A stretch of 64,000 nt of DNA from an uncultured Actinomycetes bacterium (GCA_964547485.1 CAZJNU010000004.1:1188-65187); one strand, 5' to 3'; counted from the stretch's first letter, positions 27,870-37,515 are shown. The notes: generated by a model not told the origin, from the letters alone. Made by a program: numbers and translations.

Positions 27870-28927
27870 GCGAGACCTCAACGCCCCAACTGCCGGAGGG
27901 GTCCGACGACCCAGGCACGGCACTGGCTCCGCAGGGCGCCCACGACCCGAGCCTGCCGCCGCACCGGCCTCGGCGGACCGACACCGATCCGCACGCTGCA
28001 AAGCGAGTGGAGCGGCAGGTCGCCGCGATGTTCCTCGGATCGGCGCTGATGACGGTGTTGTTCGTGATCGCGTTCGTGAAGATCCCGGTGGATGCCGAGA
28101 CCACGATCCCGTTCACCACCGCAACCATTAACGCCAGCAACGCCGCACTCGGTCTCACCTTCGGACTGGCGATCCTGCTGATCGGGACCGGCGCCATCCA
28201 CTGGGCCAAGAAGTTGATGCCCGATCAGGAAGTCATCCAGCTACGCCACCCGCTGCGCAGCACCGACGAGGACCGCGCTGCCGCCGTTGAGGCGCTGGCG
28301 GAGGGCGGCGAAGCGTCAGGGCTCGGGGAACGCAAGATCATCCGTCGCAGCCTGCTGCTGGCGATGGGCCTCTTCCCCATCCCGATGATCGTGATGCTCC
28401 GGGACCTCGGCCCACTTCCCGGCAACTCGCTGCGGGAGACGCTCTGGCACAAGGGCAGCCGAATCGTGATCGATCCGACGAGGTCGCCGATCAAACCCGG
28501 CGACGTCCCGATCGGCGGGATCGTCTCGGCGATGCCGGCAGACCTGCCCGAGGTGCAGGAAGCTGAAGGCGACCTCAACGAGCGTGCCAAGTCCGTCATC
28601 ATCCTGGTGCGGATGAGCCCCGAGGACATCATCTCCCAGCAGGGCGGGACCCCCGCGGAACCCTGGGACTACCAGGGCGTGATGGCCTTCAGCAAGATCT
28701 GCACCCACGTCGGATGTCCGATCAACCTGTACGAGCAGCGCACCCACCACATGCTCTGCCCATGTCACCAGTCAACCTTCGACCTGGCGGATTCAGCCAA
28801 CGTAGTCTTCGGGCCGGCCGCACGGCGCCTGCCCCAGTTGCCGATCACGGTAGATGCGGAAGGATTCCTGATAGCGAGGGATGGCTTCGCCGAACCGGTA
28901 GGCCCTAGTTTCTGGGAGCGTGGATGA
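27866..28927 (+). CDS. qcrA: Rieske iron-sulfur subunit of the bc1 complex
   Basis: Rieske boxes CTHVGCP and CPCHQS. ATGA overlap with qcrC. Confidence 0.9.
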   Translation: MSETSTPQLPEGSDDPGTALAPQGAHDPSLPPHRPRRTDTDPHAAKRVERQVAAMFLGSALMTVLFVIAFVKIPVDAETTIPFTTATINASNAALGLTFGLAILLIGTGAIHWAKKLMPDQEVIQLRHPLRSTDEDRAAAVEALAEGGEASGLGERKIIRRSLLLAMGLFPIPMIVMLRDLGPLPGNSLRETLWHKGSRIVIDPTRSPIKPGDVPIGGIVSAMPADLPEVQEAEGDLNERAKSVIILVRMSPEDIISQQGGTPAEPWDYQGVMAFSKICTHVGCPINLYEQRTHHMLCPCHQSTFDLADSANVVFGPAARRLPQLPITVDAEGFLIARDGFAEPVGPSFWERG

Positions 28928-30618
28928 GCGCGACAGCAAAAGCAGCAGGGGGCGCGGCTAACTTCGTCGATGAGCGGTTCACCTCGTCGAACTTCATCAA
29001 GCGGAGCGTCAACAAGGTCTTCCCTGACCACTGGTCGTTCATGCTGGGTGAGATCGCCCTCTACTCGTTCATCATCATCTTGCTGTCCGGGGTGTTCCTT
29101 ACCCTGTTCTTCAAGCCGAGCATGGTCGAGGTCGTCTACGACGGCTCCTACGTGCCCCTCAAGGGCATCAAGATGACCGAGGCCTACGCGTCCACGCTGG
29201 ACATCTCCTTCGATATCCGTGGCGGCCTGCTGATGCGGCAGATCCACCACTGGGCGGCGCTGTTCTTCGTCGCGGCGGTCTCCGTGCACCTGCTGCGGGT
29301 GTTCTTCACCGGCGCCTTCCGCAAGCCGCGGGAACTCAACTGGATGATCGGTGTCGGACTGCTCACGATGGCGCTCGGCGCCGGTTTCGCGGGCTACTCC
29401 CTCCCCGACGACCTGCTCTCAGGTACCGGGCTGCGGATCGCCGAGGGAATCATGTTGTCGATCCCGCTGGTCGGCACCTACCTGGTGTTCTTCCTGTTCG
29501 GCGGGCAGTTCCCCGGCACGGACTTCATCCCACGCCTGTATTCGATCCACATCCTGCTACTTCCTGGGATCATCCTGGCGCTGGTCACCGCGCACCTGAT
29601 GATGGTCTGGTACCAGAAGCACACCCAGTTCCCCGGCCCGGGCCGCACCAACGACAATGTCGTCGGCTACAAGGTGCTCCCGATCTACGCAGCCAAGGCT
29701 GGCGGATTCTTCTTCGCGGTGTTCGGCATCACCACGCTGATCTCGGCGCTGGTGACCATCAACCCGATCTGGATGTACGGTCCCTACACCCCCGACCAGG
29801 TGACGGCTGGCTCCCAGCCCGACTGGTACATCGGTTGGCTTGAGGGCGCCCTACGAATGATGCCGAACGTCGAATGGAATCTGTTCGGCTACACCATCAG
29901 CCTGAATATTCTGGTGCCCTCGGTGATTGTGCCGGGCATCGTCTTCACCTTGATGGCGCTCTATCCGAAGATAGAACACTGGCTGACCGGCGATGAGAAC
30001 TACCACAACCTCGCCGAACGGCCGCGCAATGCGCCAACCCGGACAGCACTGGGTGCGATGGCCGTGTCTTGGTACGTGCTGCTGTGGATCGGCGGCGGAA
30101 ACGACCTGATCGCCAGGTTCTTCGACATGTCGATCAACAGCATCACCTGGTTCCTGCGGTTCGCCATCTTTATCGTGCCACCGATCGTGTTCGTCATCAC
30201 CAAGCGGATCTGCCTATCGCTGCAGCGTCGTGACCGTGACAAACTGCTGCACGGTCGCGAAACCGGCAACATCATGCGGCTCCCCCACGGCGAGTTCATC
30301 GAGATCCACGCGCCGCTGTCGATCGAGGAGAAGGCCACCATCCTGGCGAAGCCGGATGTCAGGCCACTGGAGTTGCCCGCGGCCGAGGACGAGAACGGCG
30401 TTCGCAACAAAGAGGCTCGAAAGCAGCGGCGCCAGGCCCGGATGTCGAAGTGGTTCTACGGTGACAATGTGCCCCTGCCCAGCCCCGAGGAGCTGGCCGA
30501 GGCTGAGGCTCACCTGAACCACGAGATTGACGAGACCGCAGCTGTGGTCGCCGAGCACGAGGGTCTGACCATGACCAACGAGGGCACCACGCTGGTCCGG
30601 CACAACACGCCGGAGTAG
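28924..30618 (+). CDS. qcrB: cytochrome b subunit of the bc1 complex
   Basis: 564 aa. Haem-ligand region MRQIHHWAALFF..VHLLRVFFTG. ATGA overlap with qcrA. Confidence 0.9.
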   Translation: MSATAKAAGGAANFVDERFTSSNFIKRSVNKVFPDHWSFMLGEIALYSFIIILLSGVFLTLFFKPSMVEVVYDGSYVPLKGIKMTEAYASTLDISFDIRGGLLMRQIHHWAALFFVAAVSVHLLRVFFTGAFRKPRELNWMIGVGLLTMALGAGFAGYSLPDDLLSGTGLRIAEGIMLSIPLVGTYLVFFLFGGQFPGTDFIPRLYSIHILLLPGIILALVTAHLMMVWYQKHTQFPGPGRTNDNVVGYKVLPIYAAKAGGFFFAVFGITTLISALVTINPIWMYGPYTPDQVTAGSQPDWYIGWLEGALRMMPNVEWNLFGYTISLNILVPSVIVPGIVFTLMALYPKIEHWLTGDENYHNLAERPRNAPTRTALGAMAVSWYVLLWIGGGNDLIARFFDMSINSITWFLRFAIFIVPPIVFVITKRICLSLQRRDRDKLLHGRETGNIMRLPHGEFIEIHAPLSIEEKATILAKPDVRPLELPAAEDENGVRNKEARKQRRQARMSKWFYGDNVPLPSPEELAEAEAHLNHEIDETAAVVAEHEGLTMTNEGTTLVRHNTPE

Positions 30619-30624
30619 ATCCGC

Positions 30625-30651
30625 CTGAACGACGGGCGACCTGTCGTTCAG
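30625..30651. terminator. stem-loop between the convergent qcrB and asparagine-synthetase-like genes
   Basis: The 9-bp stem ctgaacgac / gtcgttcag with a 9-nt loop begins 7 nt after the qcrB stop. No clear U-tract. Confidence 0.45.
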
Positions 30652-30661
30652 TGTTGTTCAG

Positions 30662-32472
30662 TCACCGCGACGAACGGCTCATCGCAGCCAGGCGTTGTTC
30701 CATCGTCCGCACATAGGCTGCGAGGCTGAGGATGCGGTCGACGCCGGTGATCTCGATCTGCCTCGGGCCCAGCGATTCTCCCCAGGGCCACGACTCCACG
30801 AGTGCACAGATTTTCCTATGGTCGATCCAGCCGCCGAGAATCGGCGTGGTCGTCAGCGTCTGGGCCTCGTCCTGATACCTTTCGCGGGAGTTTCGCATGT
30901 GCCACCAGGCATCCGACGACTGCCGGGCCCGACGGGTGCGCAGCCGAATCTCGTCGGGCACGCGGCCCTCCCCAAGGAGCCGGGCGTATCCCCTACTGCC
31001 CGGGCCTCGCAGCCACTCCGACGGTTCGATCGCAGCTGCCGCTTCCAGCACGCGGGTCGCGGCAAATGGATCCGCGACGAGTAGCCCGCCGAGTCCTGCC
31101 GGCGAGAGCGCGGCCGGGTAGGAGGCGACCCGATTCAAAGTCCTGGCCAGCCATTCTTCCCTCGGTGCCGGACGATCATCGGCAGCCTGGCCCACTGGCG
31201 CGACCGGTATGCCCAGCAGGGCCGCGTAGTCCCCACCGGGGCGGTTCCTCAGCCGACTATGGCGGGCCCTGGACACCTCGGTCCGCAGTATTCGAGGCCA
31301 CGACTCGCCGCCGCGGTGCAGATTCGTGGCGGCCCGGTAGACCCCAGGCAGCGACCCGCGGCGAAGCTCATACCCCAAGGCATAACCGTGGCCATGGGAG
31401 AAGGTGTAGTTTCCCATCTGCCCGCCGTACAGCATCCTCGCCCCTTGCTGGCGGGCGCACTCGTTTATCTTCTCCATCCAGACGGCATTGGCAGGATTCA
31501 GTGTGGGCCAGAACGACTTCGCGGCAGCAGCTGCGGCCGCGTCCAGTGCCAGTTGTCCATCCTCGTTGACCACGCGTGAGACGATCACCGTGTCCGGATA
31601 GGCACGCGCCATTGCCATCGCGACCTCGCTGTCGTCTGGGTCCCAGATACCCTCGGTCCGACATGGCGCCTCCGGCACTGGTGCGTGGACCAAGGCGTGC
31701 ACCGGATTGTTGGCGTCTGTGAGCCTCGCGAGGGAGGCCACCACAAAAGTGGAGTCCAGCCCCCTGACATCTGCGCGACCAGGGTGCCGCTGCGAGGCAA
31801 CGAATCGGACAGGACCGAATCGATACTCTGTCGAAATCGGCTGATCGCTCGATCGCCTCTGAGAGTGGGAGGATCAAGGGTGTCGGGTGTCAGCCAGTCA
31901 ACCTCCTGGGTGCCCAGGTCATCGCGCCAACACAACGTGCTGCCCGGCGGCAAACGACTGATGCCCGTGAAAGGTGTCCGTCTGGCATCAACTGTCATCG
32001 CCGCCTGCGACCGGACAAAGTCCTTATCCAGCTCGCGTGGTGTCGGCGCCCCCGACACCAGCGCACCCGGATTTGTCGCCACCAGCAGTTGTAGCTCCGG
32101 GACCTCCCGCTGGGTGTAAAACAGACCCGACTGCAGCATTGTCGATGCCGCCGCCAGCGTGACTCCGTCTTCTCGGCGCAGCACCAGAGCCCAGGGCACA
32201 TCCGGGGTACCGCAGGTCCGCGGGTCGCCCCCGCGTCGCAGCAGTCTCGCCACACGCTCTGCTTCACTCACGTCCAGGGGGCCGAATACCGCCGCCGATC
32301 CGGCAAGGATGCTGCGCCAGTTCCCGCTCGGTATCAGTACGCCAGGAAAGCCAGCAGACGACAGCACACAGTCCTGCGGCACCGGCAAGTCGCGAGCCGG
32401 ACCCACGCCACCTTCCGCCACGCTCAACGAACCTGCAGCAACGCTAGGAACCCAAATCAGGATTCGGGCCAT
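30662..32472 (-). pseudogene. asparagine-synthetase-related adenylating enzyme (AsnB / lasso-cyclase-like), frameshifted
   Basis: Two overlapping ORFs (31585-32511 and 30662-31744). Adding one base in the C5 run at 31760-31764 restores AQMSGGLDSTFVVASLARL, the PP-loop SGGLDS motif. No N-terminal Met-Cys glutaminase nucleophile is present. Confidence 0.75.
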
Positions 32473-32652
32473 CTGACAAATAGCCCGCACCCAACTGCCC
32501 TGAGGCAACATCGTTCAGAGCTACCAGCAGAGGCTTGGTCCAGACCGCGCGCCCACCCAACTGTCGCGCTGCAGCACTGTCAACACCTGGACCCCCCGCA
32601 CACGGTCCCACCGAACCCGTCACAACGACAACGCCCTCCCCAGCAACCATCC

Positions 32653-35600
32653 TCATCGCCCTTTAACGACCGGCTTCGGCTTAACGATCGGCTTCGGCTT
32701 AACGGCCGGCTTCGGCTTGACGATCGGCTTCGCCATCAGACCCGACTGATCCGGCGCGCCGACTGTGCGAGAAATCCCGCCCGAAATGGGCCGGAACGCC
32801 TGCATCGTGGCGCTCCCCCTCGAGATGGGTAAGGTGTTGCTCCACATCCCCCACCCGCTTCCCATCGTGGGGTTGAGCACGCCTGCGGTAAGAACGGAGT
32901 TTCTGGCCGCCACCCTCCACGAGTAGGGGGTCGCATACAATACAGAACCGATCCCTCGGCCACACTGCGGCGCTATCGCGTAGGCGGGAATCCCCTTACC
33001 TGGGCATCCGGAATCGGCATAGGTGGCAAACGGCACCGAAAGCGAGTTCGCCGGCCAATACCGTGCAAAAAGGCCCCACGGCAACGCCGCCGGCAGGGTG
33101 CCCAACCTCGCAGGCGTGTTGTAGTGCATCGTGAAGTACTGCACCGTGGACCCACCATCATTAGGCGCCGTCCAACTCATGGTGTCCGCCCCGGCCGCGG
33201 CCGTGTACGACAACACCGGCGCACACGGCACCGTCGCCGCCAGGGTGAGGATGGGAGCGTAGGCACCCGTTTCCCAAACGACAGGGTTCTTGAGCTCAAC
33301 CGGGTGGCTGTCGCACGGTGCGGTGAGTTGCACCTGGTAGGTGGCATTCGGCTCGATGGACCCCGCATCCCAGTTCCCGTTGACGTCCGTGGTCCCAGTC
33401 TTGTACGTGAATGGACCGCCATCCTTCGACACGGCTACAGCCACACCGTCATAGTTCTCGCCGAAACCGTCCGAGTTGACATGGATCGACATCGTCGCCC
33501 AGGGCGTCCACTGCGGATACAGACTCAGCGCGGCCGCTGTGGCATAGGTGGTGTTCGCCGTCCCCGGACCATACGGTGTCCCCGCCACACCGGTGGGATC
33601 CGTCGTCCAATTCGCGAACGTGAACCCAGGCCGGGTCAACACGGGCGCAGTACCGGTATTTCCCAGGACCGTGTACGCCGCACCACCAGTGGTGTAGGAC
33701 CCCGCCGCCGGCGGATTACCCGCAGTCGCCGTGCCCTGGTTGTACGTAATCGCATACGACGCATTCGCCGTCCACTGCGCGAACAGGTTCAGATCCACCG
33801 AGGTCGCATAGGTGCTGCCAACACCGTAGGCGGTGCCTGAGCCGTCCGCCGTCGTGTTCCAGCCGGTGAAGTTGTAGCCGGGGCGGACCAAAGTTCCGTG
33901 ACCGACGATCGTGTAAGCGCTCCCGCCGGAAATGTATGTACCCGGCGGCGGCACGGCCCCGGAGCCACCTGTCCCCGCCTGATAAGTGATCGAGTAGGAA
34001 TTCGCCGTCCACTGCGGATACAGACTCAGCGCAGCCGCTGTGGCATAGGTGGTGTTCGCCGTCCCCGGACCGTACGCCGTCCCCGCCACACCAGTGGGAT
34101 CCGTCGTCCAATTCGCGAACGTGTACCCCGGCCGGGCCAGCACCGGCACAGTACCGGTATTGCCCAGCACCGTGTACGCCGCACCACCATCGGTATAGGA
34201 CCCCGCCGCCGGCGGATTTCCCGTCACCCCAGGAGACGAACCCACATTGTACGTGATCGCATACGACGCATTCGCCGTCCACTGCGGATACAGACTCAGC
34301 CCAGCCGCCGTTGCATACGTCGGATTAGCGGTCCCCGGACCATACGGTGTCCCCGCCACACCACTGGGATCCGTCGTCCAATTCGCAAACGTGAACCCAG
34401 GCCGGGTCAGCACCGGCGCAGTACCGGTATTGCCCAGGACCGTGTACGCCGCACCACCATCGGTATAGGACCCCGCCGCCGGCGGATTACCCGCAGTCGC
34501 CGTGCCCTGGTTGTACGTGATCGCATACGACGCATTGGCCGTCCATCGTGCATACAGCGCCAAGTTCGCCAACCCGCTATAGATCGGATTCAGCGTGAGC
34601 GGACCGTATGCCGTGCCGCTGCCGTTCGCTGCCGTGTTCCAGCCCGTGAACGTGAAGCCGGCCCTTGCCAAGACTGGCGCACCGGTATTGCCCACGACTG
34701 TGTACGGGGCTCCATCTGTGGTGAACGAGCCATTGGACGGCACGTTCCCCGAGTCCGCACTATTGGGCAGATAGGAAATCACATACGTGTCGGCGGTCCA
34801 CTGCGGATACAGCGATAGCGCCAACGCCGTGCTGTAGCTCGTGTTCGCCGTCCCGGGACCGTAAGGAGTTCCCCCGATCCCGGAAGGCGACGTCGTCCAA
34901 TTCGCAAACGTGTACCCGGGCCTGGACAGCGCCGCTGGCGTTCCCGTGTTGCCCACCACCGTGTACGCGGCACCACCATCGAGATAAGAGCCCGCGGCCG
35001 GCACATCACCCGCTGTCGCCGTGCCCTGGTTGTACGTGATCGCATACGACGGATTCGGCGCCCACTGGGCGTACAGCGTCAGATCCGCCGTGCTGCTATA
35101 AGTGAGGTTGGCGGTCCCCGGGCCATATGGAGTGCCGCTGCCGTCCTGGAGACTATTCCAGCCCCCGAACGTGTATCCGGGTCGTGTCAGCGCAGGACTA
35201 CCCGTGTTTCCTAGCACGGTGTAGGCGCTACCCCCAGAGGTGTAGCCACCGTTCGGCGGTACACCGCCAGCCGTGGCCCCGTTCCCGTTGTAGGAGATCA
35301 CATAGGTAGTTGGAACCCATTGCGCGTAGAGGGTCTGGTCTGCGGTTGGCACGTAGGTCGCACCGGGAACCAATGGCACCCCGAGACCGCTGACCATGGT
35401 GTTCCAGCCGGTGAACACGTACCCCGTGCGAGTGAGCGTCCCAGTGTTGTCGACCACGACATACGGCGAATTCCCGGAGGTGTAGGTACCGACCCCCGGA
35501 ACACTCCCGCCCGTGCTGCCATTGCCGTTGTACGTCAGGTTGTAGGTGACCGGGGACCACTGGGCATAGAGAGTGGTGTTGGCGCTGGTGGTGTAGGAAG

Positions 35601-37515
35601 ACGCTGCCGGGTAAGGCGTTCCGCTGCCATCGGCGGCAGTATTCCAGCCAGTGAACGTGTACCCCGACCGCGCCAGACTTCCCGTGTTGTTCGCAACCGT
35701 GTACGCGGCCCCCCCAGTTGTGTACGTCCCGGCCGCCGGCACCGTGCCCGATCCCGACCCGTTACCGTTGTAGGTGATAGCCCAACGCAAGGCTGCGTAT
35801 TGGGCGTACAGGGCCAGGGGGACCCCCGTGATCGCCGTGTAACTAGAACCAGCCGGGTAACTCGTGCCCAGCCCGTTGGCCGCTGTGTTCCAACCTGTGA
35901 ATGCCGCACCGCTTTTGACTAGGCCACCCGTGTTTGCTGACACCGTGTATGGCGTTCCGCTCGTATAGCTTCCGGTCGCAGGGGCGCTTCCGCTCGTATT
36001 CGCGTTGCCGAAGTAAGTGACGCTGTAGCTATCGGCATTCCACTTGGAATACAGGAGCAGATTCGCAGCCGTGGAGTACACGGCGCCAGTCGCATAGTTA
36101 GTGCCCGAGCCATCGGCGGCGGTATTCCACCCATCCTTGCTATAGCCGGTGCGCGAATATGGGTTAGTCAGGATTGTGTAAGTGCCTGGCGGCGTCAATG
36201 TCCCGGTTACCGGATCGGTGCCAGCAGTGCTGCCATTCCCGCTGTAGTCGATGTTGTATGAGTTCTGGCTCCACACTGCGTACAGATTCAGGGTTGCTGA
36301 GGTGGAGTAGCTGGCCCCTCCCGCATATGTCGTACCGGTACCGTCCGCCCTGCTATTCCAACCACCAAACGTGTAGCCCGTCCTGGCAAGAGTCCCAGTG
36401 TTCCCAACGATGGTGTAAGGGGATCCGCCCGCGTAACTACCTGCAGCCGGGACAGTGCCCGATCCGGCGCCATTGGCGAAATAGGTAATGGGGTAGGGCG
36501 TGGAATCCACCACCCATTGCGCATACAGAGTCGTGGTACCCGCCGGCAGCACCAACGCGCTCCCCGGCGGATATGCGATACCCGACCCGGCGGCCGAAGT
36601 GTTCCAACCGGTGAAGATGAAGCCCGCGCGGGAAAACCCGGAACCATAGGCGACGGTACCTGAGGTTGAACCGAAGGTACCCGTGACGGAACTTGGAACT
36701 ACGCCAGCACCATTGTTCAAATCGTAGTTGACCGTCGCGGATTCACCCTGACTGGTTGATCCCAGTGGGGTGAAAGCCTGGGCTTCCCAGGTCAAGGCGA
36801 AGCCCGCTGCACCCGAAGTGGACGGGGTACCCATTCGAATCTGGGTGGAAGTGACGGAGGCGTAACTCGCCACGGCTTGATCGCGAGGGTTATCTGTACC
36901 GCCAGCGCCTGGAGATTGGGCAACAATGTTGGCGGGCCACCCGTTGCTGGGGGTCTTGGTTACCGCCAATCGAGTTGGGGTACTAAGAGAATAACCGGAA
37001 ACTCCATCGAAGGCGTTGAACTGGGATATGTCAATGTCTTTGCCGGTGACCTGCACGTTGGTAAGGGTGTTTTGCTGCTGGCCCGACGTTCCATAAGTGC
37101 CGGCCGTGAAGAACGCGAAAGTGAATCCCCCGTAGCCACCGTTGGTCGGGATTGTCATGCGTACTCGGAAGTCCCCGGCCACACCCTGAGGCGCGTCTCC
37201 GTAGTTGCTGACCACCGTGTCCGCTGTCAGATTGGTCGTGACCAAAGCGTCGATCCCGACACCTTGGACCGTGGCGACGTTCTTCCAGAGAACCTTGCTG
37301 CCGTCGGTCTTTCCTGCGCCAGCATCGAGGTTCACATAATTAACGCCGGCGGTTGTGTAGTTGAAGTAGAGCTTCGTGAAGCCGTTGTTCAAGGTGGCCG
37401 CGCTGGCGGGTGAGGCACCGGCCAGCATGCTGGCCGCCAACAATGCGAACGTCACCACAACCCCTACCACCCAGGTCCGGGTGGACTTCGGTGGCGCGGA
37501 ATACCCATCGCGCAT
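32653..37515 (-). CDS. secreted 1620-aa surface protein with 13 Listeria-Bacteroides (InlB B-repeat / Flg_new-type) repeats
   Basis: Signal peptide ending ASPASA/A, a ~220-aa N-terminal domain, then 13 repeats of ~75-90 aa with the pattern Y.I.Y..NG..G..P....Y......Y.V..NTG.L.R.GY.F.GWNT..DG.GT.Y.....Y......LYAQW. These are followed by a ~260-aa C-terminal region and a Lys-Pro tail. No LPXTG. Confidence 0.85.
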   Translation of the reverse strand: MRDGYSAPPKSTRTWVVGVVVTFALLAASMLAGASPASAATLNNGFTKLYFNYTTAGVNYVNLDAGAGKTDGSKVLWKNVATVQGVGIDALVTTNLTADTVVSNYGDAPQGVAGDFRVRMTIPTNGGYGGFTFAFFTAGTYGTSGQQQNTLTNVQVTGKDIDISQFNAFDGVSGYSLSTPTRLAVTKTPSNGWPANIVAQSPGAGGTDNPRDQAVASYASVTSTQIRMGTPSTSGAAGFALTWEAQAFTPLGSTSQGESATVNYDLNNGAGVVPSSVTGTFGSTSGTVAYGSGFSRAGFIFTGWNTSAAGSGIAYPPGSALVLPAGTTTLYAQWVVDSTPYPITYFANGAGSGTVPAAGSYAGGSPYTIVGNTGTLARTGYTFGGWNSRADGTGTTYAGGASYSTSATLNLYAVWSQNSYNIDYSGNGSTAGTDPVTGTLTPPGTYTILTNPYSRTGYSKDGWNTAADGSGTNYATGAVYSTAANLLLYSKWNADSYSVTYFGNANTSGSAPATGSYTSGTPYTVSANTGGLVKSGAAFTGWNTAANGLGTSYPAGSSYTAITGVPLALYAQYAALRWAITYNGNGSGSGTVPAAGTYTTGGAAYTVANNTGSLARSGYTFTGWNTAADGSGTPYPAASSYTTSANTTLYAQWSPVTYNLTYNGNGSTGGSVPGVGTYTSGNSPYVVVDNTGTLTRTGYVFTGWNTMVSGLGVPLVPGATYVPTADQTLYAQWVPTTYVISYNGNGATAGGVPPNGGYTSGGSAYTVLGNTGSPALTRPGYTFGGWNSLQDGSGTPYGPGTANLTYSSTADLTLYAQWAPNPSYAITYNQGTATAGDVPAAGSYLDGGAAYTVVGNTGTPAALSRPGYTFANWTTSPSGIGGTPYGPGTANTSYSTALALSLYPQWTADTYVISYLPNSADSGNVPSNGSFTTDGAPYTVVGNTGAPVLARAGFTFTGWNTAANGSGTAYGPLTLNPIYSGLANLALYARWTANASYAITYNQGTATAGNPPAAGSYTDGGAAYTVLGNTGTAPVLTRPGFTFANWTTDPSGVAGTPYGPGTANPTYATAAGLSLYPQWTANASYAITYNVGSSPGVTGNPPAAGSYTDGGAAYTVLGNTGTVPVLARPGYTFANWTTDPTGVAGTAYGPGTANTTYATAAALSLYPQWTANSYSITYQAGTGGSGAVPPPGTYISGGSAYTIVGHGTLVRPGYNFTGWNTTADGSGTAYGVGSTYATSVDLNLFAQWTANASYAITYNQGTATAGNPPAAGSYTTGGAAYTVLGNTGTAPVLTRPGFTFANWTTDPTGVAGTPYGPGTANTTYATAAALSLYPQWTPWATMSIHVNSDGFGENYDGVAVAVSKDGGPFTYKTGTTDVNGNWDAGSIEPNATYQVQLTAPCDSHPVELKNPVVWETGAYAPILTLAATVPCAPVLSYTAAAGADTMSWTAPNDGGSTVQYFTMHYNTPARLGTLPAALPWGLFARYWPANSLSVPFATYADSGCPGKGIPAYAIAPQCGRGIGSVLYATPYSWRVAARNSVLTAGVLNPTMGSGWGMWSNTLPISRGSATMQAFRPISGGISRTVGAPDQSGLMAKPIVKPKPAVKPKPIVKPKPVVKGR
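32656..32730 (-). repeat. Lys-Pro short tandem repeat encoding the C-terminal tail KPIVKPKPAVKPKPIVKPKPVVKGR
   Basis: Reiterated ggcttcggcttaacgatc-type 18-nt units are visible on the + strand at 32660-32730. Confidence 0.8.
33508..36738 (-). repeat. intragenic tandem array of 13 coding repeats (~230-275 bp each)
   Basis: Repeat boundaries were read from the protein (each ends in ..LYAQW / LYPQW). Modules at about 33508-33780, 34010-34270 and 34270-34545 share exact nucleotide runs of 40 nt or more. Confidence 0.85.

Noticed and set aside
30662-32472. Housekeeping asnB/ltsA orthologue (in mycobacteria asnB sits beside ctaC)
   Set aside because: It lacks the N-terminal Met-Cys glutaminase nucleophile. 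It lies on the qcrB side inside an island with an IS and an adhesin gene, and it is disrupted. The idea is not fully excluded without a phylogeny.
30662-32656. Lasso-peptide biosynthetic cluster (AsnB-like cyclase plus upstream small ORF as precursor)
   Set aside because: No B-protein (transglutaminase-like protease), PqqD-like RRE or ABC exporter is present. The 70-aa ORF lacks a convincing leader Thr(-2) with a Gly/Ala/Ser/Cys-1 and Asp/Glu-7/8/9 core arrangement, and the cyclase-like gene is frameshifted. It is kept only as a remote possibility.
33508-36738. Regularly spaced repeats considered as a possible CRISPR array
   Set aside because: The units are 230-275 bp, they lie in-frame within one long ORF, and they encode a recognisable protein repeat. 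There is no short repeat/spacer architecture and there are no cas genes.
32653-37515. Sortase-anchored (LPXTG) surface protein
   Set aside because: No LPXTG/LAXTG motif, hydrophobic C-terminal helix or basic-stop signal was found. The C-terminus is a soluble Lys-Pro repeat.
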